Part shown: positions 11,200 to 20,861 of the stretch, in pieces
Layout: every line of letters starts with the position of its first letter
Position numbering within the stretch: the stretch's first letter is position 1
From: Naegleria gruberi
Lineage: Eukaryota
Reading direction: 5' to 3' (one strand)
Assembly (NCBI GenBank): GCA_000004985.1
Contig: GG738870.1
DNA: 64,000 bases
The notes under the pieces: model-generated
Database searches by the model: none
What the model was told of the DNA's origin: nothing
What the model saw: the letters and a program-made list of their open reading frames with translations, nothing else
Program-made: the position numbers and the translations under genes

Positions 11200-14100
11200 T
11201 TATTTTCTCTTTTTAAATTCTGAAAGCATTGGATTTGAAAGAATATCTTGTGCTTGTGGTCTAGTTAAATTATCCTTCTCAAGCATACTCAATACCAACT
11301 CAATCACTTGTTCAGAATATCTTTCTCCAAGTGTTTTCCGCAATACTTGAACAACCTCTTTCTGATCTTTATGTCCATACAGTTCAGAAATTGAAGTTAC
11401 AACGTCCTTTGTCATTATTTGATATAAAACTACTCCTAAACTGAATATGTCAGTGTTGAAATAATATTTGTAACCAGAAACCATTTCAGGAGATGCAAAT
11501 ATTGGATCAATATTATTCTCAAAACAATTCAGTCCAAAATCTGTGATAACACTTTCAATAGCATCAGTAGTCAAACTCTTGATCAGTAAATTGGATGTTT
11601 TGATGTTGCCGTGAATACTTTTCTCGGTACAATGAGCAAATTCCAAGGCTAAACATAATTGGTAAATTAATTGTTTGATTAAGTTTTCTGATAGATTGAA
11701 ATTTCTATTGGTCAGCTTTGAGAAATCTCCCATTTCAAAGTAATCCATATCAATAAAAAGCTTTGGATCTTCTGTACTAATAAACATTTCATTAATTTTA
11801 GAGATATGAGGATTGTTGGTATTCATAAGATGCACTGCTTCTTTTAGGAATTTGTTCAAGTCATCCTCTGATTTGTAATTGACAATCTTAATGGTTTTTG
11901 GATATGTTTTGACTGTATCAATTACCTTAAATGTTCTTCCACTTCCTATTCTTGCAATATTGGTATATCTCAAATGAGGATTGAAAACCTCACTAATATA
12001 GGCACTGTCTAATTTGAAACTGTATGCACTTGTTGGTTTGACATATTTGGCTTGGGATGGCAAGTTATCATAGAATAGCTCAATATCTCCACTTTTCACA
12101 TTAGCTACACTTGTTGAAGAATCTGCTGCTTTTTTCTTTCTCATCATCCATACAATAATCAACACAACAATAACGATAATGGTAACTATAATTAAAATAC
12201 CCAGAATCGGAACAATAACAGCTGCTGCTATTGCTCCATCATTTGTGCCTTGTTGAGTATTATCAATTTGTCTCAGATCACTGGATTGGCTAGTTGGTGG
12301 TGGATTTGGTGGAATAATTATTGAATTAATATATGGTAACTCTTGGATGGTGAACAAACTTAAATGAGATACTTGACATTCTAAATCAAAATACATCAAA
12401 TCACCCACTCGTTTGGTAATAGAAAGGAATGTTTTGATTCCTGATTGAGACCAATTATTGGAAGAGTCAAGGTAAACACATGATGCATTGATAGAGGTTT
12501 TGTTACTTGTTGATAAACCTTCAAATTTGAAAATGATTGGATTAATCAAGTTATCAACCTTAACCAAATTACTATCCTTGTTAAAAATGGATAATTCCAA
12601 AGAAGGTCTATTACTCATTATATTTCCATTGTCAGTATCATTATTAATCATGGTTAATGCATAGAATATTATAGAATTGTACCCTACAGTTTGAATTTGT
12701 GTTGAAAAATCATTTGGGAATGATATTTTGACATTGATTCCATTTTTAGAAATGTCAAATGTTTTGGAATTGAATTGATTTACAAGAGGTAACACTTGAC
12801 TGAAAATAGATCCATCAGATGATGACTGTCTGGTAAGTTTGTAATATTCGAAATGATATCTTGCCATTTCACTTTGCTTTGTTGCGTTATTAGAATAAAT
12901 ATTGGAAAGCAGAGTTTTCAAATTAGCAATTTCCTCAAAATGATTTGAATCCAAAAGAGTTTTGAAAATACTTGTAGAATAGTATTGTCCTGCATTGCTC
13001 ATTGATGTAAATATCCAATTTAACCACCATTCCAATTCTGAACTTGTTGAAATATTAGAAACGTTATTCAATAATTTGAAAATATTCGAAAGTGAAGGAA
13101 TAATTAATTGAACAACCTTTTCATCAACTTGATAGGTTAGTGAAGGAATATCTTTCATCATTACCAACATGTCAACAAGCAGTGAAACAAATTTGTTAAT
13201 TGTACCACCATTCAAAGTAAGAATGTTTTCACTCACTTGAGTTAATGAACCATTTTGAATAATCAAAGATAGCAAAGCATTCAGTGAGTTAATTGTGTCA
13301 ATAGTGAGTGGCTTGGATTGTTTTAGAATTGTTAATTCATCTCTTACATAATCAATTCTTGAAACTAAATTATTGGAATACCATGAAATTCTTTCTGGTA
13401 AGTTCATTGTTAAATTCCTTGTAAATTCACTGATTGATCCAAACTCATTCACCATTTTGACTCTTAATATTAAATTACCATCATAAAATGGAAATGAGGT
13501 TACAATTGTCTTTTTCAAAGTATTCGAAATAATGAATAACCTTTCATATTGTGGAGTGTCTATTTCCATAACAATAGAGGATACTCTGTCTTGTGGGAGA
13601 TTAATACAATTAATTGCAATTAAACTCTCATAAGCAGTGTTATCTGAATTCTTTAAATTGTCAACTGAACAAGTAAATCTTGGTTTAAAATCAATTCTTG
13701 TGGAAAGAGATAATTTTGATGATCCAACTGAATTTTTAACAGTCAATTCAAATTCATACCATTCTCCTTCTATCAAATATGTTGAATCAATATTCAAATA
13801 AATTTCAAATGAGTTTTCAATAAGAGGTTTGAAACTTGTAAATGATCCAAGACTTGGAATAGCATTTCTCAATTTTCCTGAAGCCAATTTCCATCCATAT
13901 TCCACAACTGCACTGTCAGATTCAACAATACAATGTAAACTTAAAGAACTGCCAGATGGATAAATAGTTGGAATGTAATCTGGTGTTATTTTCGGTGCTG
14001 AAATATCTGAATTCACAAGTTCAATAAAACCAAAGTATGAGTAAACATTTTCTGAAATGGTAACATTAACACCAATCATAAACATTCCTACTGATAATCC

Positions 14101-17100
14101 CATACTGTTAAAATCTACTTGTAATTGATTTAAATTTTGAGCATTACATAAATTTTGTGCAATGATAGTTGACTTGTCCGAACTAGTTCTGTAACAATAC
14201 CAAGAATAAGAAGTAGGTGATAAGGACTTGACAAATGAATCATCACTTTCTAAGCCAATAGTTAATTTGTTCAAGCTCAAGGAATAAGTTCTATTGACAT
14301 TTGTTAATCTAAAATCAATTGTCGGAATTTTGGTTGGAATTGAAAAAGGATAACTGATTTGTACTGTTGATTGAGTGTTAGTTTGAGTAGAAGTTACTTT
14401 CAAATTGGATGATGATGTACTATTTGTAATAATTCTAAACAGCTGCTTATTCAATAATTCTGATCTAATACCACCAAATAATTCAAACGAAAGTGAACTA
14501 TTCACACTAATTGATTGTATTTCAAATAAACAATCATTCTTTCCAACGCAATTCTCTTCTCTTGAAGTCAAAATGTTAAATGAAGGAAGTGATGATTCAC
14601 CTAACTTGATAGTTTTTGAAATTGAAGAAATAGAATTCATATCATTTGAACTTTTCAGTGAAATATCAAATGTGTTAATACCTGTCAAAATTGAACTGTA
14701 AGGAATTCTAATTACTGTCTTGTTTGAGTAATTATTCAACCATGAATTAACAGAACTGGTTGGTGAAGTCCAGTATTGAGATATTCTCTTGAAATGATGA
14801 TAGGTTGAGGGAATGACTGACCTAATTATTAAATCTTGGGATGATGGAATGAATTCAGGTAAATCCATAATTGCTGGGAATGATGCACCTGTCTCTGACA
14901 AGTCAACTCTAATTGAGAAACCAAACTGGGCCTTAATAATAGAACCGTTCGTAATAGAGTGTTCATATCCCAAAAAGAGTTTAAAATTATTTCTTCTCCA
15001 TTGACATTTGGTCAACTCAACTTGTCCAAGCTTAGCAATCTCATTCTTTTCAATTATCTTGTCGCAGCCATCAATCACAGAATCATTCAAATAGGTATTC
15101 AGAACATCAGAATATGAATAAATTAATGCATTTTCAATATCCAAATTAACACTAATTAATTCGCACTCCTTTCCAACATAATCCTTTGCACATTTGCAAT
15201 TATTTGGAGAAACACATTGACCCTTACTTGAACAAACATTTGGATCTGTTTGTATCTTTCCATAACATTCACTGTATTGACATTCATTGCCTGAAGATCC
15301 ATTTTGACAGTTGCATTGATTTGTTCTTAGACAGATTCCTTTTCCTGAACACACACTTGCATTATTTGAAAGAATTCCATAGCATTTGATGAGTGAACAG
15401 TCAAATCCATAATAATCCTTATTACATGTACAATTATTGTATCCTGAACAAACTCCATGACCTGAACAAACAGTGGCATTGTCAAATGTAATGGAATAAC
15501 ATTTCACCTTGTCACATTTATCTCCTCCCCATTCATATGAGCACAAACAACGTCCAGTAGTGGCAGAACATTGATTTCCATTCTTACAAACTGTCTGATT
15601 TCCAGCTCTAGAGCAATTGAATGTCTCACAATTTGATCCAGAGTATCCTAATTGACAAGAACAAATATTTGGAGAAATACAAGAACCAACAGAAGAACAG
15701 ACACTTGCATTCAATCTTGACTTTCCAAAACAATCAAACAATTCACAATTCGATCCATAAAATTCTGATTTACATCCACACTTATTGAACTGAGTACAAT
15801 TTCCTGAACTTGAACAAACAGTTGAGTTGAGTGAACTCACACCAAAGCAATCAAACTTTTCGCATTCCTTACCATAATATCCTTGTGAACAAGTGCAGTT
15901 ATCAATTGAAGAGCAAACACCTCTGGAAGAACAAACATTGGATGAATTAACAGCCTTTCCATAACAATCATAAATTTCACAATTACGTCCATAATAATTT
16001 TTGGTACAGTTGCAAGTGTCAACGTTTGAACAATTACCAACTGAGGAGCAAACATTTTTCAGATCATTCCTTACTCCAAAACAATTATAGTATTGACAAT
16101 TAGTTCCATAAAATCCTGTCTGACAAGTACAATTATTCAATGAACTGCAAACTCCCTTTCCAGAACAAACAAGTGTAGAATTCTTTAACACTCCATAACA
16201 TGAATATTGTTCACAGTCTCTTCCACTATATCCATCTTCACATGAACAATTATTTGGAGCAATACATTGACCATTCGAATTGCAAACTTGATTATTATTT
16301 GCTAAAATATTCGAACATTTTGGAAATTCACAATTAGGTCCTCCATACTGTTGTGGATTTGTGCAATTACAAACATTTGCATCAATGCATGAACCCCTTC
16401 CAGAACAAACTCCATTGCCATTTGCTAAAATGTTTGCACATTTTGGAATGTCACAATATTGACCTCCCCAGGAATTTTGACATGTGCAATTATTTGTGCC
16501 AATACATGCTCCTCTTCCTGAACAAACAGATGAATTACTTGCTAGAATGTTCTTACACATTGGAAATTGACAATTTTCTCCTCCCCACAAAGTATTATTA
16601 AAACATGTGCAATTGTCAGGTGTAAAACAAGATCCTCTACCTGAACAAACATCTGCTTGACCCTGAACCACTCCAAAACAAACAGGAATACACTCATTCA
16701 ATGTTACATTATAGAAATATGTCGAATTACAATAAGGTGTCAACTTTCTAATTCTATTATTTCCACTATCAAGAATAAAAACTTCCTTCTGTGAATTGAC
16801 AGCAACATCAACAGGACTATTCAATCTCAAAGTATCATTTCCTGAAGATTTTGCAATACCTGATATCACAGAAACAGTTCCACTCATTCCAACAAATTCA
16901 ATCATACGAATGACATGATTCATTTTGTCGGCAATGTAAATTTCCTTACTAGGTCCATAAGCAACACCAGTTGGTGAATTAAATTTTGCAATTGTTGTGT
17001 TTCCATCAATATAATCTGCAGTTACACCTCCTATGGTTGTAGAAGTACCAGATACATTCCTGGATAGTCTATGCAAGTCAGTTTCGGATATAAACATTTC

Positions 17101-17703
17101 AGTTGAGGAAAAGACTGCTAATCCATTTGGTTGAGTGGCTGCTATTGGCTGTGTTGTAATTATTCCCGATGAAACTTTTCTAATTTTAAGAAATTCACTA
17201 AAGTAAATGTCACCATTCGAAAGTGTGGAAATATATTTTGGACTGAAAATGTTAGTGGATGTGGCATTAACATTATCTTTGGTAGTACCAGATATTCCAA
17301 CCGTTCCAGCTATTGTCCTAATTATTCCATTGCTGACTTCTCTAATAGCATGATTCGAAGTGTCAGCAATCAATAATTTGCCATCAATTGTGACAGCTAA
17401 ACCACTGGGAGAATAAAGCTTGGCAGATGTTGCATTCGTATTAGTATCAGATCCAAAAGCTCCAGTTCCAGCCACAATTGTTATTGCCCCACTATTCGAA
17501 TCTATTCGTTTTACTAAATGATTTTTCGTATCTGAAACGTAAATTTCACCACTATTTCCCAAAGCAATTCCTTCAGGTTGATTAAACCCTACCAAACTAA
17601 TATGTTTCACAGTATACGAAGGTTGAATCGACAATACGAAACACAAATTCACAACTATTAGAAACAACAATACTAAACTCCTCACACCAACATGTTTCGT
17701 CAT
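11200..17703 (-). CDS. Giant type-I membrane receptor (2167 aa). Signal peptide, then NHL-repeat beta-propeller, then about 20 tenascin/EGF-like Cys repeats, then a long extracellular domain, one TM helix, and a cytoplasmic protein-kinase-like domain predicted to be a pseudokinase.
   Basis: ATG at 17701..17703, N-terminal hydrophobic signal (LVLLFLIVVNLCFVLS). NHL-like repeats (YVSDTKNHLVKRID, LLIADTSNHAIREV, IYIADKMNHVIRMI, VFILDSGNNRIRKL). Repeated CSGRGSC...C.C...G.NC modules. TM segment AIAAAVIVPILGILIIVTIIVIVVLIIVWMM followed by RKKK. Kinase motifs IGSGRTF, KTIKIV, DFG and SPE are present, but the catalytic loop reads HGNIKTSN instead of HRDLKxxN, so the catalytic Asp is absent. Confidence 0.8.
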   Translation of the reverse strand: MTKHVGVRSLVLLFLIVVNLCFVLSIQPSYTVKHISLVGFNQPEGIALGNSGEIYVSDTKNHLVKRIDSNSGAITIVAGTGAFGSDTNTNATSAKLYSPSGLAVTIDGKLLIADTSNHAIREVSNGIIRTIAGTVGISGTTKDNVNATSTNIFSPKYISTLSNGDIYFSEFLKIRKVSSGIITTQPIAATQPNGLAVFSSTEMFISETDLHRLSRNVSGTSTTIGGVTADYIDGNTTIAKFNSPTGVAYGPSKEIYIADKMNHVIRMIEFVGMSGTVSVISGIAKSSGNDTLRLNSPVDVAVNSQKEVFILDSGNNRIRKLTPYCNSTYFYNVTLNECIPVCFGVVQGQADVCSGRGSCFTPDNCTCFNNTLWGGENCQFPMCKNILASNSSVCSGRGACIGTNNCTCQNSWGGQYCDIPKCANILANGNGVCSGRGSCIDANVCNCTNPQQYGGPNCEFPKCSNILANNNQVCNSNGQCIAPNNCSCEDGYSGRDCEQYSCYGVLKNSTLVCSGKGVCSSLNNCTCQTGFYGTNCQYYNCFGVRNDLKNVCSSVGNCSNVDTCNCTKNYYGRNCEIYDCYGKAVNSSNVCSSRGVCSSIDNCTCSQGYYGKECEKFDCFGVSSLNSTVCSSSGNCTQFNKCGCKSEFYGSNCELFDCFGKSRLNASVCSSVGSCISPNICSCQLGYSGSNCETFNCSRAGNQTVCKNGNQCSATTGRCLCSYEWGGDKCDKVKCYSITFDNATVCSGHGVCSGYNNCTCNKDYYGFDCSLIKCYGILSNNASVCSGKGICLRTNQCNCQNGSSGNECQYSECYGKIQTDPNVCSSKGQCVSPNNCKCAKDYVGKECELISVNLDIENALIYSYSDVLNTYLNDSVIDGCDKIIEKNEIAKLGQVELTKCQWRRNNFKLFLGYEHSITNGSIIKAQFGFSIRVDLSETGASFPAIMDLPEFIPSSQDLIIRSVIPSTYHHFKRISQYWTSPTSSVNSWLNNYSNKTVIRIPYSSILTGINTFDISLKSSNDMNSISSISKTIKLGESSLPSFNILTSREENCVGKNDCLFEIQSISVNSSLSFELFGGIRSELLNKQLFRIITNSTSSSNLKVTSTQTNTQSTVQISYPFSIPTKIPTIDFRLTNVNRTYSLSLNKLTIGLESDDSFVKSLSPTSYSWYCYRTSSDKSTIIAQNLCNAQNLNQLQVDFNSMGLSVGMFMIGVNVTISENVYSYFGFIELVNSDISAPKITPDYIPTIYPSGSSLSLHCIVESDSAVVEYGWKLASGKLRNAIPSLGSFTSFKPLIENSFEIYLNIDSTYLIEGEWYEFELTVKNSVGSSKLSLSTRIDFKPRFTCSVDNLKNSDNTAYESLIAINCINLPQDRVSSIVMEIDTPQYERLFIISNTLKKTIVTSFPFYDGNLILRVKMVNEFGSISEFTRNLTMNLPERISWYSNNLVSRIDYVRDELTILKQSKPLTIDTINSLNALLSLIIQNGSLTQVSENILTLNGGTINKFVSLLVDMLVMMKDIPSLTYQVDEKVVQLIIPSLSNIFKLLNNVSNISTSSELEWWLNWIFTSMSNAGQYYSTSIFKTLLDSNHFEEIANLKTLLSNIYSNNATKQSEMARYHFEYYKLTRQSSSDGSIFSQVLPLVNQFNSKTFDISKNGINVKISFPNDFSTQIQTVGYNSIIFYALTMINNDTDNGNIMSNRPSLELSIFNKDSNLVKVDNLINPIIFKFEGLSTSNKTSINASCVYLDSSNNWSQSGIKTFLSITKRVGDLMYFDLECQVSHLSLFTIQELPYINSIIIPPNPPPTSQSSDLRQIDNTQQGTNDGAIAAAVIVPILGILIIVTIIVIVVLIIVWMMRKKKAADSSTSVANVKSGDIELFYDNLPSQAKYVKPTSAYSFKLDSAYISEVFNPHLRYTNIARIGSGRTFKVIDTVKTYPKTIKIVNYKSEDDLNKFLKEAVHLMNTNNPHISKINEMFISTEDPKLFIDMDYFEMGDFSKLTNRNFNLSENLIKQLIYQLCLALEFAHCTEKSIHGNIKTSNLLIKSLTTDAIESVITDFGLNCFENNIDPIFASPEMVSGYKYYFNTDIFSLGVVLYQIMTKDVVTSISELYGHKDQKEVVQVLRKTLGERYSEQVIELVLSMLEKDNLTRPQAQDILSNPMLSEFKKRK

Positions 17704-18097
17704 TTTTTTGTGCTAATCGTAACCACGCTTTCATTGCGACATACGGATCACACCCCTTTCGAATAGTCATCAAGCCTTTCAAGCAACCAATATTCTGTGC
17801 ATTTGGTTTTAACATTTTACGTTTCATGCACAACATTGAAAGATCGTAATGACATTGTGGGCTGGAAGGACCAATAGGATTTTTAAATATTCAAATATGG
17901 CAATAGATGCGCATCGAGATTTACTTTTACAATAGATGTTATTGGTGGATCTGCCCAATTGCAGAGTTGATGAAAATATCTTGCATTGTTGTAAAGTGTT
18001 AAAAAATTGCTATTCGAAACGGGTATTAGAATGTGTGTTGATGACTTCCTTTTGTGAAAATAAGCGATTTTGATTCGTTCATTTATGTTGGAAAAAA

Positions 18098-19195
18098 ATG
18101 CAGCATATTGTAGAGATTCTTCCACTTGAAATAATCGAAACTATTCTTGCCTATTTGCCACTTGTCGAATTGTTATTTTGTGCTTCAAATGTTTGCAAAC
18201 AATTTCGGGAGGCTGCCTTTCCTAGTCTTTCCATCAATTTTCTTCAAGAAATTTCGCTGTTGGCCACAGATGAAACTCTGGAAGAAATTAAAACTTTGCA
18301 ATTGAACGGATTCAATGAATATTCCCAAATATTTACCAACAAGTTTGGAAGAATAATTATCAGAAAAATTATGAGAGAACATGTTTTTGAATTGGCAAAG
18401 ACATTAGTGAAAGCAAATAAGGAATTGTGCAAAATTGCTGATGCGAATTCAGATATCAAGCCGAAAGATAAGGATTTCAGTTCAGTTCTGGCTGATGATC
18501 ATGAATTGATGTCTGAATTCGAAGTGACTTGTCAGTTTTTTACATATTTCAAAGGTGCTGAACCAAAAGAACGTATGGAAACAAATCAAAGCAAAACTTC
18601 AATATTTAGCAAATTCACTTCACTTTTTAAAAAAGAAAATTCTCAAGAAAAATCAACTGTTGTTGCTAGTTCAAAAGAAAGAGAACAATCGTTTAAGTGT
18701 ATTATGCTTGGTGATTCAGCTGTTGGAAAGTCATCTTTAATAGACAATTGTATTTTGAGGAATAGACCAGGTACTGATAGAACTATTGCAAGTGGATTTC
18801 CAACATATACTGAACTTTCGTACAAGTTGAAAGAGAAAGTTGTTTTGAAAATGTGGGAAATTACAGGAATAATGAAAGCTGAAACAATTTCTCTTTATAG
18901 TGCAAAGATTAATTTGCAAATCTTCATGTTTGATTTTGGAACTTATTTCACAAGTTCATTTCCAAAAGTAGAAGAATATTTGAAAATGATGAAAACAGAA
19001 TGTGAAACAATATTGATTGGAAATAAGAAAGATCTTTTGGAGGATGAGAATTGTAGTAAAACAGCTCGTGAATTTGCTTTGAAAAAGATGAAGGGAACTC
19101 TATATGTTGAAATGGATACAATAGATATTCAAATGGCACATAGTGTGATATTATATTCTGCATTGATATTGTTTTTTACGAATAATAAATTGTAA
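18098..19195 (+). CDS. F-box protein with a C-terminal atypical Ras-superfamily small-GTPase-like domain (365 aa)
   Basis: ATG at 18098. N-terminal F-box ILPLEIIETILAYLPLVELLFCASNVCKQFREAA. C-terminal G-domain motifs: G1 LGDSAVGKSS, G4 GNKKDL. G3 is the degenerate WEITG (no DxxGQ) and G5 is non-canonical. Confidence 0.55.
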   Translation: MQHIVEILPLEIIETILAYLPLVELLFCASNVCKQFREAAFPSLSINFLQEISLLATDETLEEIKTLQLNGFNEYSQIFTNKFGRIIIRKIMREHVFELAKTLVKANKELCKIADANSDIKPKDKDFSSVLADDHELMSEFEVTCQFFTYFKGAEPKERMETNQSKTSIFSKFTSLFKKENSQEKSTVVASSKEREQSFKCIMLGDSAVGKSSLIDNCILRNRPGTDRTIASGFPTYTELSYKLKEKVVLKMWEITGIMKAETISLYSAKINLQIFMFDFGTYFTSSFPKVEEYLKMMKTECETILIGNKKDLLEDENCSKTAREFALKKMKGTLYVEMDTIDIQMAHSVILYSALILFFTNNKL

Positions 19196-20078
19196 TTGTA
19201 TTTATTATTGAAGTTAAACAATATGAATTGTTGTTTTATTGTTGTTTGATTTGAAATTGGGCTATGAATCCACTGACTGATGAAATATCGGAACTTGGTA
19301 AATTGACAAAATAATGAAAATATGATAATCAATATGATGTTTATTATCTATTTAAATAGTAGTATTAAGACATGATTAGAGTTGGTGAAGTACATGTTTA
19401 GTTATGGTCCATGTACTTTTGCAAAATTTACATGTACCTATCTCTATCATAACTTGACCAAAATTGCTAAGAGAAATTCCCATACCTACTATTGACCATT
19501 CCGAACAATACTACATTGACAGTTTTCCAACTTGTTCAGTAGATCCAACAGTGATGATGAATTTAGTGAAAATTTTGATATTTCATCAAAATAAAATTAC
19601 TAAAAATTAATTTCCACAAATACTATTATAATATTGATGAAAAACAATTATGATGATGTTGGTGAATGATAGGATGATGACAACACCAGCTTGTAATTTC
19701 CCATCATGAAAAATAAATTCCAATTTCATGATGATAATCCACCAATAAAAACTACTATTATTACTACTATTTAGATGATGTTGAGATGATGATGTGAAAG
19801 TTTGGTGCTTTCATCACGTAAACCCACTCCGAGAACCATCATGCCTGCATAGAATTGTTTGCTGAATATTTTTTATCTCGTTTTTTTTAAAACAAAAAAA
19901 TCATCCAAATCTTTTACTCCAACAAAATCATCATAATTTTTCTTCAATTCACATCATATTTTGATGAGTATCAACAAATCTCGACAAACAACAAAATATT
20001 AATGGAATTATTTTACACCAACATCTTTAAAACATAGCCAACCTCATCATCCGAAGCAAACATATATTAATATTTATT

Positions 20079-20603
20079 TTAAACATTTGCTCCCGAACTC
20101 TTTGATGATGAACCAAACACTTCAGGCATAATTTCCTTCAAATGCCCAACAGCAGTAAATCCATTGAAAACAGCAAGACCCAACAAGACTAGATTGAAAA
20201 TTACAGCAAAACTTGGATTAATATAAGTCAATGCTTGAGCCTGTGTTGTTGTTGTTACAGTTGTGGATCCGATAGTGAGGAGGAAGATGAAGATGTTATG
20301 GGCTGAGAATTCAGTGGTCCATTGAAGGAAGAGCATAAAGCAAATGGCTGGCACACCAAAGAGACTGGCTCCTCCATGGAAGAGAGACCACAATTTCTCG
20401 TTCGCCACCTTTCCAATAGAAAGTAATATTCCTAAAATTCCCACCAACACGATGAAAATATCAGCAAAGAGAAGGAAAATATTGAAGACTCCGTAAGGGA
20501 GCATTCCGTAGACAAACCATGCAACCATGGTGGCAAAGTGAGAGAGAATGAGAAAGGCACCGAAAATAATTAATAATATATTCGAAACCTTGAAGAGAAC
20601 CAT
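20079..20603 (-). CDS. Small polytopic membrane protein (about 174 aa, 4-5 TM helices), function unknown
   Basis: The track ORF starts at a TTG (20664..20666). The first ATG is at 20601..20603 (MVLFKVSNILLIIFGAFLIL...). Hydrophobic segments alternate with short loops. Confidence 0.45.
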   Translation of the reverse strand: MVLFKVSNILLIIFGAFLILSHFATMVAWFVYGMLPYGVFNIFLLFADIFIVLVGILGILLSIGKVANEKLWSLFHGGASLFGVPAICFMLFLQWTTEFSAHNIFIFLLTIGSTTVTTTTQAQALTYINPSFAVIFNLVLLGLAVFNGFTAVGHLKEIMPEVFGSSSKSSGANV

Positions 20604-20861
20604 TGTGAAGAACGTTGAATTTTTTCTGTTTGGACAAAACAAGATTGGGAACGAAACGGTCTTCAATCAACATTCCAATACCTAATCAGTCTTGAAATCT
20701 TATATGGTGACAGCAAGTCAAATATTAGACCATATTGATCCATTTCACCAAGTTGTAAACTTCTCATATTGGCAATTAGAAACATAAACGAAACGATATA
20801 AGGAACAGCTTCCACAATAACTGACCCATTCAAACATGCAAATAATTCGAGTTTATTGTAG

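Noticed and set aside
14405-16601. Several 60-100-aa ORFs on the + strand inside the giant receptor gene, with similar antisense ORFs inside other genes (for example 21636..22078, 36180..36425, 44610..45606)
   Set aside because: They are antisense to long, well-supported CDSs and have no domain signal. Such ORFs are expected by chance in AT-rich sequence.
20604-20666. Longer N-terminus for the small membrane protein (track start at 20666) and similar extended N-termini at 24083, 33857, 35339, 50617, 52852, 58014 and 60665
   Set aside because: The track's first codon in each case is TTG or GTG, read by hand from the sequence. The calls were trimmed to the first in-frame ATG, which in several cases also gives a signal peptide.
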